DNA of 64,000 nucleotides from an uncultured Selenomonadales bacterium (GTDB lineage Bacteria; Bacillota; Negativicutes; Selenomonadales; Selenomonadaceae): NCBI GenBank assembly GCA_937910665.1, contig CALEPR010000036.1, positions 1,198 to 65,197 of the forward strand, read 5' to 3'. Shown piece by piece: positions 63,929 to 64,000 of this stretch (position 1 is its first letter; each line of letters starts with the position of its first letter). The notes under the pieces were generated by a model. It saw only the letters and a program-made list of their open reading frames with translations, ran no database searches and was not told where the DNA came from. The position numbers and the translations under genes were made by a program.

Positions 63929-64000
63929 TTAATGACAGCGCCAACGAGCGAAAGCAGACTATCGTTTTTGTTGAGAGTGAACGAGCTTGCGAGTGACAAC
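63929..64000 (+). repeat. Dispersed intergenic repeat, copy B (cut by the window end)
   Basis: TTAATGACAGCGCCAACGAGCGAAAGCAGACTATCGTTTTTGTTGAGAGTGAACGAGCTTGCGAGTGACAAC is nearly identical to copy A. Confidence 0.8.

Overview
The window is a composite of two compositionally unrelated segments. Positions 1 to ~33,870 are AT-rich (by eye high-30s % GC, not computed), and the intergenic DNA is full of A-tract/T-tract motifs. This part belongs to a diderm, flagellated anaerobe. It encodes an LptD-like outer-membrane protein, a giant flagellin, PFOR/NifJ, IspG, Der, two tRNA-Val genes, a hexokinase, GatCA, PlsC, an RTX-type zinc metalloprotease, a MacB-type permease and a ZnuA-like binding protein. 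Positions ~34,300 to 64,000 are GC-rich (by eye mid/high-50s %) and look like a Clostridia-type Firmicute. This part encodes CinA, ThiI, a NifS-type cysteine desulfurase, YfhO, a NUDIX hydrolase, SpoVG, MurC, LexA, ZapA, a U32 peptidase, Dut, MreBCD, PBP2, a MATE pump, an M23 peptidase, MetA, PFL, an AI-2E transporter and a GGDEF protein. The two parts meet in a ~400-nt zone that holds only gene fragments: an N-terminally truncated rplL, an internal piece of a tyrosine recombinase, and a 3'-damaged acidic-protein gene. I read this as an assembly or concatenation chimera until shown otherwise. Strongest second-look items: (1) a pyruvate formate-lyase split into a 687-aa catalytic core, a 70-aa acidic ORF that partly duplicates the start of the radical domain, and a separate 79-aa GrcA-like glycyl-radical protein, all tightly coupled. 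(2) A family of dispersed ~50-100-nt structured repeats in the GC-rich half that usually sit upstream of and co-oriented with genes, plus a 36-nt direct-repeat/multi-hairpin module upstream of murC. (3) A 725-aa flagellin with a ~390-aa repeat-rich insertion at a non-canonical site. (4) Two intergenic tandem-repeat arrays in the AT-rich half (der-ispG, and gatA-decarboxylase running into the start codon). (5) A leaderless HExxH/RTX protease. (6) Two unknown genes wedged between the cysteine desulfurase and thiI. No CRISPR array, rRNA or intact mobile element was seen.
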